Assembly: GCA_947643225.1 (NCBI GenBank) | Contig: CANRVH010000001.1 | Coordinates: 6,868 to 70,867, forward strand | From: an uncultured Clostridia bacterium | GTDB lineage: Bacteria; Bacillota_I; Bacilli_A; RF39; UBA660 | Direction: 5' to 3' | Length of the DNA stretch: 64,000 nt | Shown here: piece after piece, positions 58,932-64,000 of the stretch | How positions within the stretch are numbered: position 1 is the stretch's first letter | Layout: each line of letters starts with the position of its first letter | Program-made: the position numbers and the translations under genes | The notes under the pieces: generated by a model | What the model saw: the letters and a program-made list of their open reading frames with translations, nothing else | What the model was told of the DNA's origin: nothing | Database searches by the model: none

Positions 58932-61900
58932 ATGAAATTTGAAAAATTAGATAATGGAAAAATCCACGAAGTAGAAAGTAAATTAGTTAAAAAGTGGAAA
59001 GAGATTGATATCTTAAATAAGTGTATAGACACAAAAGATCAAAAAAATAATTTTGTATTTTATGATGGACCAATTTATGCCAATGCTAAACCAGGAATAC
59101 ATCATGTTTTTGCAAAGACAATAAAAGATTCTTTTTGTAAGTTTAAAACGATGCAAGGATACAGAGTGTTAAGAAAAATAGGATTAGATACACATGGACT
59201 ACCAATTGAAGTAAATGTAGAAAAAAAATTAGGGTTTAAATCTAAAACAGACATTGAAAAATTAGGTATTGAAAAATTCTGCGAAGAATGCAAAAATGAA
59301 ACAGCAACCAATATTGATGAAGTAAAGAAAGTAACCGATATGATGGGGCAATTTATTGATTGTGATAATCCCTATGTTACCTGTAGTAATGAATTCATTG
59401 AATCTGAATGGTGGATAGTAGATCAATTAAATAAAAAAGGATTAATTTACTATGGAAATAAAGTTTTGCCTTATTGTCCTAGATGTGGAACAGAACTTGC
59501 TTCACATGAAGTTTCTCAAGGATATAAAGAAGTTTCAGTTAATACCGTTATTGTACCCTTTAAATTAGTAAATGAAGATACTTATGTTCTAGTATGGACG
59601 ACAACACCTTGGACTTTAATGGCCAATGTTAGCTTATGTGTGAATCCCAAACTAGAATATATTAAAGCATCAAGCAAAGGATACCACTTTATTGTTGCTA
59701 AAGATTTAGCAAATACTGTTTTAGGAGAAGAGTACGAAATACAAAAAACCTATCATGGAACTGATCTAGTTGGATTAAAATATGAACAATTAATGCCCTT
59801 TGTCAAAGTAGAAGGGAAAGCCTTTGAAATTCTTGCTGATGACTATGTTACCGCAAGTGATGGTACAGGAATTGTCCATATCGCTCCTGCTTATGGAGTA
59901 GACGATAATAGAGTAGCAACGAATGCGAATATTACTTTTATTAATCCAGTCGGAAAAGATGGTTGTTATACTGAAGGACCTTGGCAAGGAAGATTAGTAA
60001 CTGATCCTGAATTAGAAATCGATATTATTAAATACCTAAAAGAAGAAGATAAACTATTTAAAAAAATGAAAATAGTACATGATTATCCACATTGTTGGAG
60101 ATGTAAGCAACCACTAGTTTATTATGCAAAACCAGCTTGGTATGTTAAAAATACAGCATATAAAGAACAGATTATCGAAGAGAATAACAAAATCAATTGG
60201 TATCCTAACTATGTTGGTGAAAAACGGTTTAAGAACTGGCTTGAAAATATGATTGATTGGGGAATTTCTAGAAATCGTTATTGGGGATGCCCACTGCCAA
60301 TATGGACTTGTTGCTGCGGGCACTTTGAAACAATAGGTTCCCGTAGAGAATTAAAAGATAAAGCACTTGAAGAGATTGATATCGAAAGTCTAGAACTTCA
60401 TCGACCTTATGTTGATCAAATTCATATCAAGTGTTCAGAATGTGGAAAAAGTATGAATCGTGTACTAGATGTAATGGATGTTTGGTTTGATTCTGGAGCT
60501 ATGCCATATGGACAGTACCATTATCCTTTTGAAAATAAAGAATTGTTGGAAACCCAATTTCCAGCTGACTTTATTGCAGAAGGAGTTGATCAAACTCGTG
60601 GTTGGTTTTATGTACTTTTAGTTTTATCTACACTAATTAGTGGCAAATCCAGCTTTAAAAATGTTGTAGTTAATGATATGATGCTAGATGCTCATGGAAA
60701 AAAAATGAGTAAATCTGTAGGAAATATTATTAATCCAATAGAAATTATGACAGAATATGGAGCAGATACAATTAGATTTTATATGCTATATACATCTCCA
60801 GTTTGGACTCCTCTTAGATTCGATGAAAATGGTGTCAAAGAAGTCTATTCCAAATACATATCTACCTTTAAGAATGCTTATTCTTTCTTTGAAATGTATG
60901 CCAATGCCGATCATATTGATCCAAGAGAGTATAATATTCCAGTAGAAAAACGTGAGCTTATAGATAGATGGCTACTTTCTAAACTAAACAAATTAGTTAA
61001 AAATGTTACACATGCATTAGAAGAATATGATCTAAATAAAGCAACTAAGTTGATTGTTCCATTTCTAAATGATGATTTATCTAATTGGTATATTAGAAGT
61101 AATAGAAGAAGATTTTGGGATTCATCCCTTACAGATAGTAAAAAAGCTGTTTATTTAACTACTTATGAAGTTCTAACTACACTATGTAAGCTATGTGCTC
61201 CAATTACTCCATTTTTAACAGAGGAAATTTATCAAAAATTAACGAATGAGGAATCTGTTCATTTAGCAGATTATCCTATATGTCAAGAAAACCTAATAGA
61301 TGTAGAAACAGAAGAAAGAATGGATTTGGTAAGAGATATTTGTTCATTAGGAAGATATGCCCGTGAAGAAGTCAATATCAAAGTTCGCCAACCAATTAGA
61401 AATCTAATTTTACCAGCTAATAATCAAATCGTTTTAAAAGATCTTATTAGTGCAATAAAAGAAGAATTAAATGTAAAAAACATCGAATTTAAAGAAGATA
61501 TGAGTGACTATCTAGAATATATTGTCAAACCAAATTTTAAAGAACTAGGTCGTACCTTAGGACCAAAAATTAAACGATTACAAGAAATTGTTAAAGACTT
61601 TAGAAATGAGGAAGTAGAAAAAATAAAAAATGGAGGATTAGAAATCAATTTAGATGGTGAAAAATTAACCTTAACAGAAGAAACAGTCATCATTTCCTTA
61701 AAACAAAAAGATGGTTATGCATCATGTAGCAATGAAAAAACTTGTGTTGTTTTAGATACGAATTTAGATGATGAATTAATATTAGAAGGGCTTGCTAGAG
61801 AAATGATTCGTACAATTCAAAGTTTAAGAAAAGATGCTGATTTTGTTATTACTGATCATATCAAAGTTTATTATCAAGGAGATGAAGATATTGATAAAAT

Positions 61901-62030
61901 GTTAGAGTCTTATCAAGAATATGTAAAACAAGAAACACTTGCAGAAGAAATCATCAAAAAGGAAGATTTAACATCAGAAGAACAAGATTTAAATCATCAT
62001 CAATGTAAAATTATAGTAGAGAAAATATAG
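58932..62030 (+). CDS. ileS: isoleucyl-tRNA synthetase (type-2/eukaryote-like architecture, no C-terminal zinc finger)
   Basis: Class I aaRS with KMSKS (KMSKSVGN), a CP1 editing domain, TIKD after the HIGH-region (GIHH variant) and WISRNRYWG typical of IleS. The ORF track starts at GTG 58923. ATG 58932 with a GAGGTG RBS is preferred. Confidence 0.9.
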   Translation: MKFEKLDNGKIHEVESKLVKKWKEIDILNKCIDTKDQKNNFVFYDGPIYANAKPGIHHVFAKTIKDSFCKFKTMQGYRVLRKIGLDTHGLPIEVNVEKKLGFKSKTDIEKLGIEKFCEECKNETATNIDEVKKVTDMMGQFIDCDNPYVTCSNEFIESEWWIVDQLNKKGLIYYGNKVLPYCPRCGTELASHEVSQGYKEVSVNTVIVPFKLVNEDTYVLVWTTTPWTLMANVSLCVNPKLEYIKASSKGYHFIVAKDLANTVLGEEYEIQKTYHGTDLVGLKYEQLMPFVKVEGKAFEILADDYVTASDGTGIVHIAPAYGVDDNRVATNANITFINPVGKDGCYTEGPWQGRLVTDPELEIDIIKYLKEEDKLFKKMKIVHDYPHCWRCKQPLVYYAKPAWYVKNTAYKEQIIEENNKINWYPNYVGEKRFKNWLENMIDWGISRNRYWGCPLPIWTCCCGHFETIGSRRELKDKALEEIDIESLELHRPYVDQIHIKCSECGKSMNRVLDVMDVWFDSGAMPYGQYHYPFENKELLETQFPADFIAEGVDQTRGWFYVLLVLSTLISGKSSFKNVVVNDMMLDAHGKKMSKSVGNIINPIEIMTEYGADTIRFYMLYTSPVWTPLRFDENGVKEVYSKYISTFKNAYSFFEMYANADHIDPREYNIPVEKRELIDRWLLSKLNKLVKNVTHALEEYDLNKATKLIVPFLNDDLSNWYIRSNRRRFWDSSLTDSKKAVYLTTYEVLTTLCKLCAPITPFLTEEIYQKLTNEESVHLADYPICQENLIDVETEERMDLVRDICSLGRYAREEVNIKVRQPIRNLILPANNQIVLKDLISAIKEELNVKNIEFKEDMSDYLEYIVKPNFKELGRTLGPKIKRLQEIVKDFRNEEVEKIKNGGLEINLDGEKLTLTEETVIISLKQKDGYASCSNEKTCVVLDTNLDDELILEGLAREMIRTIQSLRKDADFVITDHIKVYYQGDEDIDKMLESYQEYVKQETLAEEIIKKEDLTSEEQDLNHHQCKIIVEKI

Positions 62031-62066
62031 AATTTATTCTAGAAGAACGGAAACAGTTTAGTATTC

Positions 62067-62654
62067 ATGAATATAGGAATAGATATTGATGGTGTTCTTA
62101 CCGATATGGAAAACTATATTTCTGTATTTGGTAAGAAGTATGCAAAAGAAAATAATATAGACTTTGACGAGAAAATGGATAATAATACTATTTATGGCTT
62201 TTTTACTAAGAAAGATAATGAAAAATTTTGGGATAGATATTGGGAGGATTATGCCGAAAATGTAGAAGTTAGAACCTCAGCCAGTGAGGTAATAAAAAAG
62301 TTAAGAAATGAAGGGAATTATATCATTATTATTACAGCAAGAACATATGATAAGCCAATTATAAAAAGTGGTAAGAAAAGACAAAAAAACATGGAAAAAT
62401 TAATTATAAAATGGTTAAACAAAAACAATATAATATATGATAAACTCATATTTTCTAATTTAAACAAACTAAATAATTGTTTAGATAATCATATTGATAT
62501 TATGTTAGAAGATTCTATTAGTAATATTGAAATTTTAAAAGACCATATCAAAATACTAATGTTTAATACACAATACAATAAATTTTATCAAGATGATAAA
62601 ATACGTAAAGTATATAATTGGAATGATATTTATAATGCAATTAATGAATTATAA
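62067..62654 (+). CDS. HAD-superfamily hydrolase, 5'(3')-deoxyribonucleotidase-like
   Basis: N-terminal HAD motif I IGIDIDGVL. At about 195 aa the size fits the NT5C family. Confidence 0.5.
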   Translation: MNIGIDIDGVLTDMENYISVFGKKYAKENNIDFDEKMDNNTIYGFFTKKDNEKFWDRYWEDYAENVEVRTSASEVIKKLRNEGNYIIIITARTYDKPIIKSGKKRQKNMEKLIIKWLNKNNIIYDKLIFSNLNKLNNCLDNHIDIMLEDSISNIEILKDHIKILMFNTQYNKFYQDDKIRKVYNWNDIYNAINEL

Positions 62655-62667
62655 ATATATTTTGTAA

Positions 62668-62702
62668 AGTACTAATAATTTTTAATTAGTACTTTTTCAT
62701 AT
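62668..62702 (+). terminator. rho-independent terminator
   Basis: AAAGTACTAATAATTTTTAATTAGTACTTTTTCAT. Confidence 0.6.
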
Positions 62703-62907
62703 TAATATTATATTTTAATAATTATTATTAAATATTAAGTTATTTATAGATAACGTACATACAAAATAATATCTAGTAATAATTATCTATTTAAATTTTT
62801 ATTGTAGAAAAATGGGATAAATATGCAATTAAAACCTCAACAAGTAGTGTAGATGATTTAATAGGAGAACTTTAAATTTCGTTATAGCAAAATTTTTATA
62901 TTATGAA

Positions 62908-63093
62908 ATGATTAAACAAAATCAGTTTGATTCAAAGATAAATAAGGATGAATTAAAAAAATTATCTAATTGGGTGAAAGCTAATTGTAATTCAAGAAAC
63001 TATTTAGAACAAATTGTAGGGGAAGTAAAGCCAGATTATCATATGCCATTAAGTGAATATGCCACTTATAAAAGTAAAATAATTTTACGATAA
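62908..63093 (+). CDS. small hypothetical protein (61 aa)
   Basis: Isolated ORF in an AT-rich spacer, followed by a hairpin and T-run at about 63110-63160. Coding status is uncertain. Confidence 0.25.
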   Translation: MIKQNQFDSKINKDELKKLSNWVKANCNSRNYLEQIVGEVKPDYHMPLSEYATYKSKIILR

Positions 63094-63191
63094 TAACTTA
63101 AAATAAATAAAAGAAAAGAATAATTTCTTAGTAGATAAAATCTTTTCTTTTTTTTCTTTTTGCGGTAATATAGATGTACGGAAGTGATTAG

Positions 63192-64000
63192 ATGAAAATA
63201 CTAATAAAACCCACAAAAAAAATTGAAGAATATCAAAATATAGACGGAGTCATTCTTCCATTAAGGGATTATTCAATAGACTATGAAACAGATTATACAT
63301 TAGAGGAAATTTTAGAGATTCAGAAACACTTCGATAAAGAAATTTTTCTTGTCATAAATAGAATGATATTCAATCAAGATATAGAAAGTTTAAGAAGAGT
63401 ATTACTGGAAATAGAACAGTTAAAAATAACAGGAATTTTCTTTTATGATTTAGCACTTTTAAAATTAAAACAAGAACTAAATCTAAAAACAGATCTAGTT
63501 TGGAATGCAACCCATATGATAACAAACTATAAAACATGTAATTATTATTATAATAGAGGAGTAAAATATGCCTGCTTATCTAATGAAATTACACTAAAAG
63601 AAATACTGGAAATAAAAGAAAAATCAAAAATTATTCCGATGTTTACCATGATTTCCTATCCAATAGTAGCAACTAGTAAGAGAAAATTAATTACCAATTA
63701 TCATAAAATGCATAGTTTAGAAAATAAAGAATATTTAGAAGTAGAAGAAAGACTAACAAAAGAGAAATATTTGGTTCAAGAAACAAAGTTTGGAACAGTC
63801 TTTAAATACGCTAAAATATTAAATCATATAGAGGCTCTAGAACAACTAAAAAAAGTAGATTTCTCTTATTTAATTTTGATAGAGGATGGAATAGACCATC
63901 ATATCTTCCAAAGAATTTTAACGATAATTGATAAAAATAAAAAAGAAAATGCTAAAGTAGATGAAATATATGATTTAATCGGAAACAGTACAGGTTTTTT
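63192..64000 (+). CDS. U32-family peptidase-like protein (YrrN/YrrO-like), truncated at the 3' end by the window
   Basis: Its pattern parallels the U32 N-terminal TIM-barrel region (…YTLEEILEIQKHFDKEIFLVINRMIFNQDIESLRRVLLEIEQLKITGIFFYDLALL…). No stop codon falls in the window. Confidence 0.5.
   Translation, partial: MKILIKPTKKIEEYQNIDGVILPLRDYSIDYETDYTLEEILEIQKHFDKEIFLVINRMIFNQDIESLRRVLLEIEQLKITGIFFYDLALLKLKQELNLKTDLVWNATHMITNYKTCNYYYNRGVKYACLSNEITLKEILEIKEKSKIIPMFTMISYPIVATSKRKLITNYHKMHSLENKEYLEVEERLTKEKYLVQETKFGTVFKYAKILNHIEALEQLKKVDFSYLILIEDGIDHHIFQRILTIIDKNKKENAKVDEIYDLIGNSTGF

Overview
The window is 64 kb of a very AT-rich (about 28-30% GC) Gram-positive (Bacillota-type) chromosome using the standard code: TGA is a stop and Trp is TGG, so it is not a TGA-recoding mollicute. 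Genes are densely packed, mostly on the + strand. Positions 1 to about 5.6 kb look like the right-hand end of an integrated mobile element. It carries a RhuM-family gene, an HTH-WYL regulator, an unknown Cys-motif protein, a MobC-like RHH protein and a large serine recombinase, and it abuts a C-terminally truncated SsuA/NMT1-like binding-protein gene. The rest is core chromosome. It contains housekeeping genes (pcrA, ligA, gatCAB, dnaE, lspA, rluD, murC, ileS, sepF, mltG and others), a cell-envelope cluster (ltaS, an LCP protein with a PASTA domain, a GT2 glycosyltransferase), and a thioester-domain adhesin with a class-B sortase. A second predicted substrate shares the same non-canonical VP[DN]T[NA] sorting signal. 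There is also a degenerate GGDEF receptor, a two-component system followed by helicase-associated-domain repeat proteins, a tRNA(CAU) next to a decayed ISAs1-like transposase, a T-box leader in front of a CaCA antiporter-ileS operon, and two frameshifted GNAT pseudogenes. Signals worth a second look are a G9 homopolymer inside a TTGACA-N19-TATAAT promoter upstream of a small Cys-rich secreted protein, a thymidylate-synthase-fold protein with a long N-terminal extension and altered active-site motifs, the RhuM/WYL/unknown cargo triad, and tandem paralogous membrane proteins, one of them fused to NlpC/P60. No CRISPR array, rRNA or obvious riboswitch other than the T-box was seen.
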